A DNA stretch of 64,000 bases from an uncultured Verrucomicrobiae bacterium. Lineage in GTDB: Bacteria; Verrucomicrobiota; Verrucomicrobiia; Chthoniobacterales; UBA10450. Where the stretch lies: the NCBI GenBank assembly GCA_963735805.1, contig CAVTMK010000004.1, positions 32,001 through 96,000 of the forward strand, written 5' to 3'. Positions 32,548 through 43,667 of this stretch are shown here, piece by piece; position 1 is the stretch's first letter; every line of letters starts with the position of its first letter. Below the pieces are notes generated by a model. That model worked only from the letters and a program-made list of their open reading frames with translations. It did not search any database and was not told the DNA's origin. The position numbers and the translations under genes were made by a program.

Positions 32548-34241
32548 ACCGATCCGGAAGCTTCGCTGCCTCCCGACTCGGGCACCGCGCGTTGCGGCTC
32601 TGGTTTCACTTACTGCCACTCTAGTCCTCACTGCTTCTGGCCTAACGGCAGCAAGAACAATTAACGCAAACAGCGCATCACAGTCCGATGTTGCGGCCGC
32701 TATCGCCTCGGCTGCCGATGGCGACACGGTAACGATACCTGGGGGAACGGCCAGTTGGACTCGCACATTACAAATTAAAAAAGGGATCACGATCCAGGGA
32801 GCCGGTGTCGGCGCGACAATCATCAAGGACAGCGTGCAATCCGGACAACTGATTCGATGGACGCTCGCTGCCGGCTATCCGTCGCAGACTGACCGGGATT
32901 GAATTTCAAGACGGAGGCAGAGTAAATACGATTGATGCGCCGGGTGGCATACTGCACGTTGACGGCTCGAACACCAACGGCTCTACATTTCGTTTTGACC
33001 ACTGCAAATGGAATAATCTGAATGGCTCGACGGTGTTCGATACCGTGATCGGAGTAATCGATCACAACACGTTCGTTCTCGACAAGTTTGGCTGTGCGAT
33101 CTATCCCTATGGTTCATACTGGAATGGACAGGACTATTGGTGACGGTTCGTGGGCTGCGCCCGCCAACTACGGTTCGTCCCAATTTCTTATTCATCGAGG
33201 ACAACACCTTTACGCATAGCAAGCAAAATCTTGCAGGGAATGATAGACGCATACGCAGGAGCACGATTTGTCGTTCGGCACAATACATTTTTAACGGCCT
33301 TAGTAACCGAATCACGGCACTGAAAGCACGGGACGCACACGCGGCTGTAGAGCAATGGAAGTGTATAATAATCAACTACAGGGGACTAACCTTAACTCAC
33401 AGGTAGGCGGATCACGTTCAGGCGGAATGTTATTTCACGACAATACGATTAGCGGATACTCCGGCAATCTATCAGCTTTCGATCTTCAAAATTATCGAAA
33501 CTTTACCCATTTCTCCTTGGGGCGGCGCTGATGGAACAAATGCTGGGACAAGAACGAGCCTACTGTCTTTTTCACTGGAACGGCAGCAGCAAACAGTTCT
33601 GGTACAAGCGTAACGGTGTCTGGAAACCCTAACTGGAGAACGAACCAATGGGCAGGATACACGATTCGCCGCACCACTGACATTTGTGCACTGGCACTCA
33701 AAGTTACGGCTGGATTACGAGCAACACATCAAATTCTATCAGTTACGCGGGCAACGCCTGGTTATCCGACGCGCCATCGGATACGTCGTTTTGTTCAGGC
33801 GATTCCCTTGAAATCCGTAAAGTAGACCACGCCTTAGATCAACCTGGAACAGGGCGGCGGCTCGTTAATTAGTGGTGAATCCCCCGTGCGACCCGACGCT
33901 GGAATGATCAGGTGATTGAGCCGTGCTACTCATGGAACAACAGGAATGAGGTTAACGGACAAGTCAATTTTGGCGCAGGCCCAGGCGTAATCGCCAATGT
34001 GCATTATTTCAACGACACGCCGATGCCTGGCTACACACCCTATGTTTACCCGCACCCGCTGACGAAAGGTCTGCCGCTACCGAAGCAGGCAACGCGAAAT
34101 GCGAAAGGGAACTCGCAACACAACCTTCGCAAGAAAAGGCAGCCCTGGGGTGGGACAAAGCTAAACCGAGAAAAAGCAAAAAAAGCAAACCAAAGCCCCA
34201 CAAATGAAATGGCTGAAGGGCAGCATAACTCCGGTGACTGA
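32531..34241 (+). CDS. Secreted beta-helix-like protein, paralog 1 (multiple frameshifts)
   Basis: Signal peptide, DGDTVTIPGGT, ITIQGAG, FIEDNTF, GYTPYVYPHPL; collinear with 58960-60420. Confidence 0.7.
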
Positions 34242-34357
34242 ATGCCAGCTACACGTTTTCTTATCCGCAATCTGCTGGTAAGTGGCAGTGGCAGTTTTCC
34301 TCGCGAGTTCAACAACTTTAGAGTCCCTTTCTAATAAGCTTTTCTATTTTTTATAAA

Positions 34358-35557
34358 ATGCAGTCTTCAATTCAGCCTAACGCCGCGGACGCTGGGTTAT
34401 CGACACCTCGGCGCCTCGATAGCGGCGTATCGCCAGATGTGCCAGGGAAAGCGAAATTCTTGCTTGTTGTTTGCTCCGCGCTCGTTATTGCAATCGTGTT
34501 TAATTACTTGGTGGCCTTCTGGATCAAACTGCCAAACTACACCCCGATTTACCGCCGAATTGGGCCTGAGACCGGCCCACAGGTGTTTTGCGCTGGGTCG
34601 TCCCTCCTGCAGTTCGGACTTTCCTGGCCTGAAGTTTCAAAAACCTTAGATCAAGGCATCGAGAGTTGGGGTGTGGCTGCGTCGACGCCATCCGAATGGG
34701 AAGTGTTTCAAACTTTCGCAAAGAACACGAACCTGATGATAATCGGCGTGGACGTCTATGACCTGAATGAGTATCACCTTTGTGAAGGCCGTGCCGACGT
34801 GGTGCCGTTAACACAAACCATTTGGGATCTTTGGCAAAGCAGCCCCGGTTGGCAATTTTCGAAGCGATTGTTGAGTCAATATCCGCTGAGTTACCTCCAA
34901 AAGTTGTTTCCCACCGCGGGAAGCTCGGAAGCGGTCTTGGTGGGACTGCGCAGGCTACTACCCGAGCGATTAAGATCATCCTCGGCTGCCGAGGAGCGCG
35001 CTAATTCCTTGGTACTGCCCCGTGAATCAGTTATGGATTTTGGTGCAACTGATGCAAAGGTAAGTGACTGGACGCCAAGCAGAACTCTTTGGCGACTTGC
35101 TCAGATGCGCAGCGAAACCGGAGGGAAGCATGCGTTCAATGGAGTGAAAAAATCGGCCTTCGAGCGCATGCTCCTTCGGGCTCAGAAGCAGGGCTCCGTC
35201 ATCGTGGTGGTTCTGCCAGTTTCCCCGCTATATGCCCACGAATTCCTAACGCCGGAAGCGGTGCACGACTTCGAAAGCGTTTTGGAGGAAGCCCAGCGTA
35301 TCGATCCCCAAGCCCAGTTTGTGCGCCTTGATAAACTATCTGCTCTAAATTCAGATGAGTGCTTTGGTGACTTGGTGCACCTCAATGGCACCGGAAAACG
35401 AATCGCAACGGATGCATTCCTCAGCTGGCTGAAGCAACGCACTATGGGCCGAGAGTTCCCGCCTGTTCCAACCCGGAGCGCGCTATCTGTTCGAGACAGT
35501 GTTTCTTTTCAAATCTTCAGGCTCGATCTTTCATACCCGGTCTTGCTCGTTTTGTAA
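34358..35557 (+). CDS. SGNH/DltD-like membrane-anchored acyltransferase
   Basis: N-terminal TM, AGSS block, FGDLVHLN (DxxH) block. Confidence 0.7.
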   Translation: MQSSIQPNAADAGLSTPRRLDSGVSPDVPGKAKFLLVVCSALVIAIVFNYLVAFWIKLPNYTPIYRRIGPETGPQVFCAGSSLLQFGLSWPEVSKTLDQGIESWGVAASTPSEWEVFQTFAKNTNLMIIGVDVYDLNEYHLCEGRADVVPLTQTIWDLWQSSPGWQFSKRLLSQYPLSYLQKLFPTAGSSEAVLVGLRRLLPERLRSSSAAEERANSLVLPRESVMDFGATDAKVSDWTPSRTLWRLAQMRSETGGKHAFNGVKKSAFERMLLRAQKQGSVIVVVLPVSPLYAHEFLTPEAVHDFESVLEEAQRIDPQAQFVRLDKLSALNSDECFGDLVHLNGTGKRIATDAFLSWLKQRTMGREFPPVPTRSALSVRDSVSFQIFRLDLSYPVLLVL

Positions 35558-35584
35558 TTGGCCATCTCAATCCAGAGCTTTGCT

Positions 35585-37363
35585 ATGACAAAAGAACTCG
35601 GTAACGAAAATGATGTAATCTGGAATCGATGGTGTAAGAACGCTGAAAGAGTCCCCCACCGGGACGCGATCATTCATTGGGTCGCGGGAGAAGAGCCGTT
35701 CAGGTGGACGTTCTCTTCTTTAATCGACACTGCGGAATGCCTGGCGGCAAGGTTGGTTGACCGCGGTATCGGTAAAGGTGATGTCTGCGCCATCATTATG
35801 CGGCACAACAGAATTTTGTACCCGCTTTATCTTGCGATGGTTCGTGTGGGTGCGATCCCCGCAATACTGGCATATCCGAATCCGCGTTTGCATCCCGATA
35901 AGTTCCGGCAAGGCATTGACGGTATGTCTTCACACTCGGGTCTCGATTGGGTTTTCACTGAACGTGATCTTGAGGAAACTCTTCGCCCTTCTCTCGAAAG
36001 CTCAGGCAGCACGATTAAGGGTCTGCATTTCCCCCTGGAATGGAAAACTGGACCTGCGTCAACGAAAGGACAGCAAGCTCGCGTTATTACTCGGCACAAC
36101 AGGGTGAAACGTGATGACCCTTTGTTACTTCAGCATTCGTCTGGAACCACTGGACTGCAAAAGCCCGTGTTATTATCACACCGTGCGGTATTAGAGCATG
36201 TCAAATACTACGGGCGGGCAATTGGATTGAATGAGAATGACAAAATTGTGAGTTGGCTCCCTTTATATCACGATATGGGACTGATAGCAGCGTTTCATCT
36301 GCCACTCGCGTTCGGGATACCAACTGTTCAAATAGACCCTTTCGAATGGGTGATGGCACCATCGCTTTTGCTCGATGCAGTCTCGCGGGAGCGTGGAACG
36401 ATTTCCTGGCTTCCGAACTTTGCCTATAATATGATGGCCAACAAGATCGCTGACGATGAACTTGACGGCATCAGTCTTGAGAGTTGGAGACTTATTATCA
36501 ACTGTAGCGAACCGGTTAGACACGAAAGCCATCAAAGGTTCGTGCAGAAATTCCAGCACTGCGGCCTTAATCCTTTGGCCATGTCATCGTGTTATGCGAT
36601 GGCCGAAACAACATTTGCGACAACACAGACACCGCCGGGAACGCCACCCTCAATGTTGGCCCTCGATAGGATTGCGCTGGCACAGGGAAAGGTCAAAATT
36701 GCCGAGCATGCAGGCCGAGCCAAGATATGTGTTTCATCGGGCAAAACAATCGCCGGTTGCCAAGTGAGAATCGTCGATGAAAACCGTCAGGATGCTGGCG
36801 ATAGGACGATTGGGGAGATAGTGATTAGGTCGAGATCGATGTTTGATGGTTACAGGAACTATCTGGAAAAGACAAGGGAGGTGTTGTGTGATGGGTGGTA
36901 TTACAGCGGCGATTATGGATTCGTTAACCGTGGCGACTACTACGTAATTGGGAGGAAAAAGGACATGATTATCGTAGCCGGGAACAATATTTATCCTGAG
37001 GACGTGGAAGATGTCGTGGGCAAGGTGGAAGGCGTAATTCCAGGAAGGGTAATTGCCTTTGGGGAAGAAAATAGAGAGTTGGGCACTGAGTACGTATCAG
37101 TGCTCGCGGAGAGCGACATAACCGACGATGAAAGCCAGAGGAAGTTGAAAATGAATATAATCGAGGCAGCAATGGCAATCGATGTGTCCATAACAAATAT
37201 CTATCTTGTTCCGCCGCGTTGGCTGATCAAAAGTTCTGCAGGAAAACCAAGCAGAAAAGCGAACAAGGAAAGAATCTTATCAAGCAGTGAGACAAGGAGG
37301 TCTGAAACCGATGATTACGCAGGAATTGAAGCGCGTTATACTAACGGCGCTCAAGTTGGATGA
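35585..37363 (+). CDS. AMP-dependent ligase (fatty acyl-AMP ligase-like)
   Basis: QHSSGTTGLQK, SWLPLYHDMGL, CYAMAE, SGDYG, GRKKDMII, KSSAGK. Confidence 0.9.
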   Translation: MTKELGNENDVIWNRWCKNAERVPHRDAIIHWVAGEEPFRWTFSSLIDTAECLAARLVDRGIGKGDVCAIIMRHNRILYPLYLAMVRVGAIPAILAYPNPRLHPDKFRQGIDGMSSHSGLDWVFTERDLEETLRPSLESSGSTIKGLHFPLEWKTGPASTKGQQARVITRHNRVKRDDPLLLQHSSGTTGLQKPVLLSHRAVLEHVKYYGRAIGLNENDKIVSWLPLYHDMGLIAAFHLPLAFGIPTVQIDPFEWVMAPSLLLDAVSRERGTISWLPNFAYNMMANKIADDELDGISLESWRLIINCSEPVRHESHQRFVQKFQHCGLNPLAMSSCYAMAETTFATTQTPPGTPPSMLALDRIALAQGKVKIAEHAGRAKICVSSGKTIAGCQVRIVDENRQDAGDRTIGEIVIRSRSMFDGYRNYLEKTREVLCDGWYYSGDYGFVNRGDYYVIGRKKDMIIVAGNNIYPEDVEDVVGKVEGVIPGRVIAFGEENRELGTEYVSVLAESDITDDESQRKLKMNIIEAAMAIDVSITNIYLVPPRWLIKSSAGKPSRKANKERILSSSETRRSETDDYAGIEARYTNGAQVG

Positions 37364-37550
37364 TTGGGATATCAAGGATGATACGATCGCAGTCCAGGTT
37401 CCGGGTTGGGATTCCTTGAATCATGTGAATGTTATTCTTGCTGTAGAAAACCATTTCCGTGTCCGTTTTAAACCTGTCGAGGTCTTAAAGCTTAAAAATA
37501 TCGGTGATCTGCAGCGGTTGCTGACTTCAAAACTGCAAACACCGGGTTGA
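37311..37550 (+). CDS. Acyl carrier protein
   Basis: GWDSL phosphopantetheine site, 79 aa, AAGGAGG RBS. Confidence 0.9.
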   Translation: MITQELKRVILTALKLDDWDIKDDTIAVQVPGWDSLNHVNVILAVENHFRVRFKPVEVLKLKNIGDLQRLLTSKLQTPG

Positions 37551-37717
37551 ATATCGGCGCTCAGCTTTTCGTGGATTTAAGAGTGCTAAACCCTGGAGTC
37601 ACTCATTGAGCTACGAAGGTGAAGCGGGGCCAATGATGTGGCCCGATTGGCCGAGTGTAGCCCTATGCCCGACATGGGGATCATTTCCAGCCTCCTCGTA
37701 AAGGTGCTCGCGCAATT

Positions 37718-39151
37718 ATGAATTTTACCTCATTTGAATTTCTATGCTTCTTTGTGGCAGTTATATTGCTGCTGAGTTGTATGCGCGGCCTCAGCGCACA
37801 GAAATGGCTACTGTTAGCGGCAAGCTACTGTTTCTATCTTACCTGGAGTGTACCATGCATTGCATTGTTAATTTTTACTTCGCTGTCGGATTACTATATC
37901 GGGCGCAAGCTGGGCCAGACTGAGAATCCAATTCATCGAAAACGGCTGCTTGTCTGCAGCCTTGTGGCCAACTTAGGGCTGCTGGGATTCTTCAAGTACA
38001 GTAACTTTGTTCTTGAAAATATTTGGCTCGTCCTGAGCGCGTTGGGCATGCATTTCCATCGCCCTCATTACGATATTATTCTGCCACCGGCCATCTCTTA
38101 CTTTACCTTTGCCAGCATGAGCTACGTGCTGGACGTTTATTATGAGCGCATCCACCCGACTCGCAGCCTTAGGGATTATTCGCTCTTCATTTCCTTTTTT
38201 CCAAAGCTGCTCGCCGGCCCCATCATGCGCGCGGGCGACTTCCTGTCGCAAGTGCAGCAGCGCCTTTACGCAAATGCCGCGGCAATCGAATCCGGTCTGT
38301 TTTATCTCCTGCTGGGAGCTGTGAAGAAATTGGTCATCTCCGATCAGGTTGCCGGTCCTGTTAATTTAATCTTTTCATCGCCAGGCCAATATGATGGGCT
38401 GACCCTTTTGCTGGGTGCTCTCGGTTACGCCGTTCAGATTTATTGTGATTTCTCAGGCTATTCCGATATGGCGATCGGCTCGGCACTCTTGCTCGGTTTG
38501 AAACTTCCCGAGAATTTTCAGATGCCGTACAGCTCAGTGACAATCACTGAGTTTTGGCGTCGATGGCATATTACTCTATCTGCCTGGTTTCGCGATTACG
38601 TTTTCATACCGATGGAGATCGCAAGAAAAAATGCTCGAAGTGCCGCCCTTCGCACGACGATCAGTCTCATGGCCACCATGCTTCTTTGTGGGTTGTGGCA
38701 CGGTGCAGGTTGGACCTTTGTAATCTGGGGCGGAATCCACGGGATGGCACTGGCAGTTCATAGAGCCTGGATGACGTGGAATCCCTTATCTGAATTAGCG
38801 GATCGCCCTGTCTTCCGAGCGGTGTGGACGTTGTTCTCGCGTTTCCTCACACTCAGTATCGTGCTGGTAGCTTGGGTCTTCTTCCGTGCTCAATCTTTTG
38901 CCGATGCAGGCACGTATCTGAGCCGTATGCTGTCGTGGAGCCATGGTGTCCGGTGGGTCTCGCCTTATATTCTCCTGGCGCTAGCCGCGGTATTCTTTAC
39001 GGCCCTGCTTGTGAATAAGGATCGAAACTGGGCGCAGGAACTCCCCGAGCGCGCCGTTCCCGTGCGGATTACGGCCTATGCGGCGCTGGTGGTGTTGCTC
39101 AGCTTTTTTGGAGCAACCAGCGCCGTACCGTTTATATATTTCCAGTTTTAA
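37718..39151 (+). CDS. MBOAT O-acyltransferase (AlgI/DltB-like)
   Basis: DFSGYSDMAIG, FWRRWHITLS, GLWHGA, terminal PFIYFQF. Confidence 0.93.
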   Translation: MNFTSFEFLCFFVAVILLLSCMRGLSAQKWLLLAASYCFYLTWSVPCIALLIFTSLSDYYIGRKLGQTENPIHRKRLLVCSLVANLGLLGFFKYSNFVLENIWLVLSALGMHFHRPHYDIILPPAISYFTFASMSYVLDVYYERIHPTRSLRDYSLFISFFPKLLAGPIMRAGDFLSQVQQRLYANAAAIESGLFYLLLGAVKKLVISDQVAGPVNLIFSSPGQYDGLTLLLGALGYAVQIYCDFSGYSDMAIGSALLLGLKLPENFQMPYSSVTITEFWRRWHITLSAWFRDYVFIPMEIARKNARSAALRTTISLMATMLLCGLWHGAGWTFVIWGGIHGMALAVHRAWMTWNPLSELADRPVFRAVWTLFSRFLTLSIVLVAWVFFRAQSFADAGTYLSRMLSWSHGVRWVSPYILLALAAVFFTALLVNKDRNWAQELPERAVPVRITAYAALVVLLSFFGATSAVPFIYFQF

Positions 39152-39188
39152 GCGGCTGTTTATTACGATAAAAGAAACGACGACCCGC

Positions 39189-40241
39189 ATGAATTCGGAA
39201 TACATTGTGTCCTTAGATGATCGTATTTTGGTCACCGGATCTAATGGTTTCATTGGAACCAAAGTCGTTGAAATCCTCCTCGAGTATGGCTTTTCCAACA
39301 TACGTTGCTTCGTTAGATCGCCCAGCCGAATTGGTCGCCTTCAACAGGCACTGGGTTCCGTCGATGCCGGAAGAAATGTTGAGATCGTTACCGGCGATCT
39401 CCTTTCATGCGAGGACTGCCGAAAAGCCACGCAGGATGTTTCCATAATCATCCATCTTGCCGCGGGGATCGAGAAATCGTTCGCCGGGGCATTCATGAAT
39501 TCTGCCCTGGCTACGCGCAATTTGCTGGATGCATTTCTCGAAGTGGGAAAGCCAAGGCGGTTCGTGAATGTCAGTTCCTTTGCGGTTTATTCCAATTTGA
39601 GCTTAAAGCATAACAGTCTTCTTGATGAAACCTGTCCGTTGGAAACGGCTTCGCAGGAGCGATTCGACGCCTACGGTTTTGGGAAACTTAAACAGGAAGA
39701 AATTGTCCGGGAATACGCGGAAAGATACCGGCTGCCTTGTGTGACGCTGAGGCCAGGTTACGTTTTCGGAGCTGGCAAACAGGAGTTAAACGGCCGCGTT
39801 GGAATCAAGATTTTCGGACCGTTTATCCAGGTAAACAGCTCGAATCTTTTGCCACTGACCTATGTCGATAATTGCGCCGAAGCAATTGCTCTCGCTGGTC
39901 TCACTCCGGGAATCGATGGTGAAGTCTTTAATGTTGTTGATGATGACCTCCTCACTGCTCGCCAGTTTCTCAAAACCTACAAAGCAGCCAGGCCCTTTCG
40001 GTCGATCAGCGTTCCGTACTGGGTTGCTTATAGCGCATGCTATGCCTGGGAAAAATACTCGAACTGGTCACAGGGCCAGCTTCCGCCTGCTTTTAACCGC
40101 CGCCGCTGCGCGGCCAATTGGAAAAGTCAGTGCTACTCGAACGAGAAACTCAAAACCCGACTGGGTTGGAAGCCACGTGTGCCCATGAAGCAGGCCATGG
40201 AAACATTCCTTGCGCAGTTCGGAACAAAGAACGGGGCCTGA
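39189..40241 (+). CDS. NAD-dependent epimerase/dehydratase
   Basis: TGSNGFIG, VSSFAVY, YGFGK. Confidence 0.88.
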   Translation: MNSEYIVSLDDRILVTGSNGFIGTKVVEILLEYGFSNIRCFVRSPSRIGRLQQALGSVDAGRNVEIVTGDLLSCEDCRKATQDVSIIIHLAAGIEKSFAGAFMNSALATRNLLDAFLEVGKPRRFVNVSSFAVYSNLSLKHNSLLDETCPLETASQERFDAYGFGKLKQEEIVREYAERYRLPCVTLRPGYVFGAGKQELNGRVGIKIFGPFIQVNSSNLLPLTYVDNCAEAIALAGLTPGIDGEVFNVVDDDLLTARQFLKTYKAARPFRSISVPYWVAYSACYAWEKYSNWSQGQLPPAFNRRRCAANWKSQCYSNEKLKTRLGWKPRVPMKQAMETFLAQFGTKNGA

Positions 40242-40246
40242 TCAAG

Positions 40247-41410
40247 ATGCTTCGTGTCACAATAGTGGGTTGCGGGAAAATCGCCGATCAGCATGTACAT
40301 GCTATCCGGCGAATCCCGGATTGCAGCATCGTTGCAGTTTGCGATCAGGAACCGCTCATGGCGCAGCAGCTTGCCGAGCGTTTCAAGATTCCGGGTGTTT
40401 TCTCGAATGCTCAGGAGATGTTGAAGGCCGTTTCACCCGATGTTGTTCACATCACTACGCCGCCACAGAGCCACTACATACTGGCGAGAGAATGCCTGGA
40501 GGCGGGAAGCCACGTCTATCTGGAGAAACCTTTTACGGTCACCAGCGAGGAGGCGGAATCATTAATCGAGCTCGCTGAACATCAGAACATCAAGATCACT
40601 GCGGGCCATAATCTTCAGTTTACGCTCGAGATGCTGGAAATGCGGCGCCTGATGAGAGAAGGTTTCGTGGGTGGACAGCCGGCGCATTTAGAGAGTTACT
40701 TTTCCTATGACTTAGGCGACCCGACGTACGCAAAAAGTCTTTTGCAAGACCAAAACCATTGGGTGCGAAAGCTACCCGGTGGCTTGCTCCACAATATCAT
40801 CAGTCATGGCGTAGCCAAGCTTGCCGAATTTCTTGATGACGATGTAACGGAGGTCACGGCGATTGCAGGCCAAAGTCCGCTAGTTAAGAGCTTGGGTGAC
40901 GAACGGATCCTGGACGAATTAAGGGTGTTGCTTCGAGATAAAACAGGCAGGACTGCATCGTTCTGTTTTTCGACACAACTCAAAGGGCTCAACCAGTTGC
41001 GTCTCTATGGTCCGGAAGGTTCAATCGTCGTCGATCACATCAGCGGTACCGTTGTTCGAAACAAGTATCGACCCTGCAAGAGTTATTTAAGCTATTTCGT
41101 ACCGCCGCTTCGGGCTGCCCGCGAGCACCTCAGGAACGCGCGCATCAACGTCACCAATTTTGTTCGGCAGCGGCTTTACCAGGACTCCGGAATGAAGGAG
41201 TTCATTGAGCGTTTTTACAACAGCGTCCGAGATGGCACTCCACCGCCTATCCTTTACCGTGAGATCATCCTCACCGCTCGTATCATGGATGAGATCTTCG
41301 TCCAAATCTATGGCGGGCAGAAGCCGGAAGATAAACAAAACACGACAGAAACCAGGCGAAACGTTACTGCCTTCGATATTCCATTGTCAGTCATCGGCCA
41401 TCAATCATGA
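40247..41410 (+). CDS. Gfo/Idh/MocA oxidoreductase
   Basis: VGCGKIA, ITTPPQSH, YLEKP. Confidence 0.88.
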   Translation: MLRVTIVGCGKIADQHVHAIRRIPDCSIVAVCDQEPLMAQQLAERFKIPGVFSNAQEMLKAVSPDVVHITTPPQSHYILARECLEAGSHVYLEKPFTVTSEEAESLIELAEHQNIKITAGHNLQFTLEMLEMRRLMREGFVGGQPAHLESYFSYDLGDPTYAKSLLQDQNHWVRKLPGGLLHNIISHGVAKLAEFLDDDVTEVTAIAGQSPLVKSLGDERILDELRVLLRDKTGRTASFCFSTQLKGLNQLRLYGPEGSIVVDHISGTVVRNKYRPCKSYLSYFVPPLRAAREHLRNARINVTNFVRQRLYQDSGMKEFIERFYNSVRDGTPPPILYREIILTARIMDEIFVQIYGGQKPEDKQNTTETRRNVTAFDIPLSVIGHQS

Positions 41411-42324
41411 AGTACGTCCTGATCACTCCCGCCCATAATGAAGAGCGTCTCATTCCGAAGACGCTTGAATCGATGGTTGCACAGACGTTGTTACCCGAAC
41501 GTTGGGTCATCGTCAACGATGGCTCGACCGATAAGACCGCGGAGATCGCTACCGATTATGCGCAACGTTTTCCATGGATCGAGGTCGTTAACCGTTCGCC
41601 GCGTTTGGATCGGCATTTTGGAGCCAAGGTTCACGCCTTTAACGCGGGGCTGGAGCGAATTGGGTCGATTGATTTTGACGTAATCGGGAATCTCGACGCA
41701 GACATTTCGTTCGATCCCGAATACCTGAGTTTTTTGATACGGAAGTTTTCCGAGGATCCCAAGCTCGGAGTAGCCGGGACTCCCTTTACTGAGGGAGGTG
41801 GTTATGATTCGACCAGGGATAGCTTTGAAGGCGAAAATCATGTGGCCGGAGGATGTCAGCTTTTCCGGCGCCGTTGCTTTGAGGAAGTAGGCGGTTACAT
41901 CCCTAACCCAGGGGGAGGAGTTGACTGGATTGCGGTCACTACGGCGCGGATGAAAGGATGGAAAACGCGGTCATTTCCTGAAAAACGGTTCCATCATTAC
42001 CGAACACTGGGTACGGCGGGAAGGAGCAGAACAGCAGCCAGCTTTTCGTATGGCCAAAAGGACTATTACTTAGGCGGTTCACCTTTGTGGCAGCTCTTCC
42101 GTGTGGCCTACCGCTCCACTAAGCAACCACTCGACGGTGCAGCGCTTCTTTCCGGTTACTGTTGGGCAGCCGCCCGGAGGATGGAACGGCCAGTCTCCCG
42201 TGACTTGATGCGATTTCATCGCCACGAACAGATGAGAAAGCTGCGGAACATTTTCTCCAGCCTGTTGAAGCTCCGAAAGATCAACAACTTTCATGCGGAA
42301 ATCGGCCAACAGGAGGCTCGGTAA
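41407..42324 (+). CDS. Glycosyltransferase family 2
   Basis: ITPAHNEE, NDGSTD, LDAD. Confidence 0.9.
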   Translation: MKYVLITPAHNEERLIPKTLESMVAQTLLPERWVIVNDGSTDKTAEIATDYAQRFPWIEVVNRSPRLDRHFGAKVHAFNAGLERIGSIDFDVIGNLDADISFDPEYLSFLIRKFSEDPKLGVAGTPFTEGGGYDSTRDSFEGENHVAGGCQLFRRRCFEEVGGYIPNPGGGVDWIAVTTARMKGWKTRSFPEKRFHHYRTLGTAGRSRTAASFSYGQKDYYLGGSPLWQLFRVAYRSTKQPLDGAALLSGYCWAAARRMERPVSRDLMRFHRHEQMRKLRNIFSSLLKLRKINNFHAEIGQQEAR

Positions 42325-42330
42325 GAATAA

Positions 42331-43656
42331 ATGAACCAGAAATCCGAATCCAGAACGTCTGGGGATACACAGCTCGGCAACAATGTTTCTCGCGTGCTTG
42401 CCAACTTCACCGATTGGTTAGAGAGCTACGGCGAAACATCGTGGGATTACCAAAGTTTCTTCGCTGGACCGGTGGGTGGACGAGCAAAGGCACTCTATTA
42501 TAGCCATGGGCTTATCGGGACGGCGGCCGTCGCTCCCATGATTTTCTGCGAAGCATTTGTGCCATCGGGACGACGGCTATTTCATCACCCTATGCGATTT
42601 CCAATCGCGGACGCGCATTACGCGATGGGCTATGCTTTCCTGTACCAGGCAACTGGAGATTCGTCCCAGCTGGAAAACGCGGTTCATTTTCTAACCGAGC
42701 TCAAAAAATCGCGCTGCCCTGGGTTTAACGAATATTGCTGGGGTTATCCCTTCAATTGGGTCACTCGGAACGGCACGATCAAAGAACAAACGCCACTCAT
42801 TACCACGACTCCCTACTGTTACGAAGCTTTCCTCCAGGTTTTCGAACTGACTGGACAGGACGAATGGAAAGTAATCGTCGAATCAATTGCGCGACATGCC
42901 GCTGCTGATATTAAGGATTTCAGAACGTCGAAATGTGCAAGCAGTTCTTCCTACACGCCTTTCGATAAAGGTGGCGTTGTTAATGCTGCGGCCTATCGCG
43001 CCTTCCTGCTGACGAGCGCCTCCAAGTCTCTTGCCAACGAAGATTATTGGAAAATCGCCGAACGAAATTTGAATTTCGTGTTGGAGAGCCAGAACCCAGA
43101 CGGCTCGTGGTTCTACGCTATGGATGGAGTACGAGACTTTATCGACCACTATCATACCTGTTTCGTGATGAAAGCCATCGCTAAGATTTACGGCTTAACC
43201 GGGTACGAGCGGTGTAAGGAGGCGCTTTCGAAAGGGATTAAGTATTACCTTGAGAATCTTTTCGACGACGAGGGCCTGCCGAACCCCTTTTCCAAAGCTC
43301 CCCGACTGACGGTTTATAAACGCGAGCTTTACGATTGGGCCGAATGCATTAACCTGTGCCTACTGCTGCGCGATCGCTTTCCTGAGCTGGATAGAACGTT
43401 GGAGAAGGTCGTCACACATATTTTGAAAGTGTGGGTAAAGCGCGATGGGTCGTTTCGCTCCCGTAAATTACAACTGGGCTGGGATAACGTTCCAATGCAT
43501 CGTTGGGGACAATCCCAGATGTTTCGAAGCCTCGCCTTTTATCTCCGCGAGGCTTCGAAACACAGAAGTCAGAGTTCAGCAATCAGAGATCAGAATTCAG
43601 AAATCGGAGCACAGATAGAGCGAGACAGGAAACATCGGACGCTTGTCAAAAGTTAG
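42331..43656 (+). CDS. Alpha/alpha-toroid-like protein of polysaccharide clusters, function unknown
   Basis: WGYPFNW, QNPDGSWFY, IDHYHT, DGSF repeats. Confidence 0.6.
   Translation: MNQKSESRTSGDTQLGNNVSRVLANFTDWLESYGETSWDYQSFFAGPVGGRAKALYYSHGLIGTAAVAPMIFCEAFVPSGRRLFHHPMRFPIADAHYAMGYAFLYQATGDSSQLENAVHFLTELKKSRCPGFNEYCWGYPFNWVTRNGTIKEQTPLITTTPYCYEAFLQVFELTGQDEWKVIVESIARHAAADIKDFRTSKCASSSSYTPFDKGGVVNAAAYRAFLLTSASKSLANEDYWKIAERNLNFVLESQNPDGSWFYAMDGVRDFIDHYHTCFVMKAIAKIYGLTGYERCKEALSKGIKYYLENLFDDEGLPNPFSKAPRLTVYKRELYDWAECINLCLLLRDRFPELDRTLEKVVTHILKVWVKRDGSFRSRKLQLGWDNVPMHRWGQSQMFRSLAFYLREASKHRSQSSAIRDQNSEIGAQIERDRKHRTLVKS
43564..43605 (+). repeat. Heptamer tandem array, left of four-helix-bundle gene
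   Basis: AGAAGTC AGAGTTC AGCAATC AGAGATC AGAATTC AGAAATC. Confidence 0.8.
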
Positions 43657-43667
43657 CCGGAGTACGA

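Noticed and set aside
27844..39151. Alginate biosynthesis operon (AlgD-like plus AlgI-like genes)
   Set aside because: No Alg8/Alg44/AlgK/AlgE-like genes are recognisable; the priming transferase, Wzx, Wzy-like and Wzc-like genes indicate a Wzy-dependent polymer.
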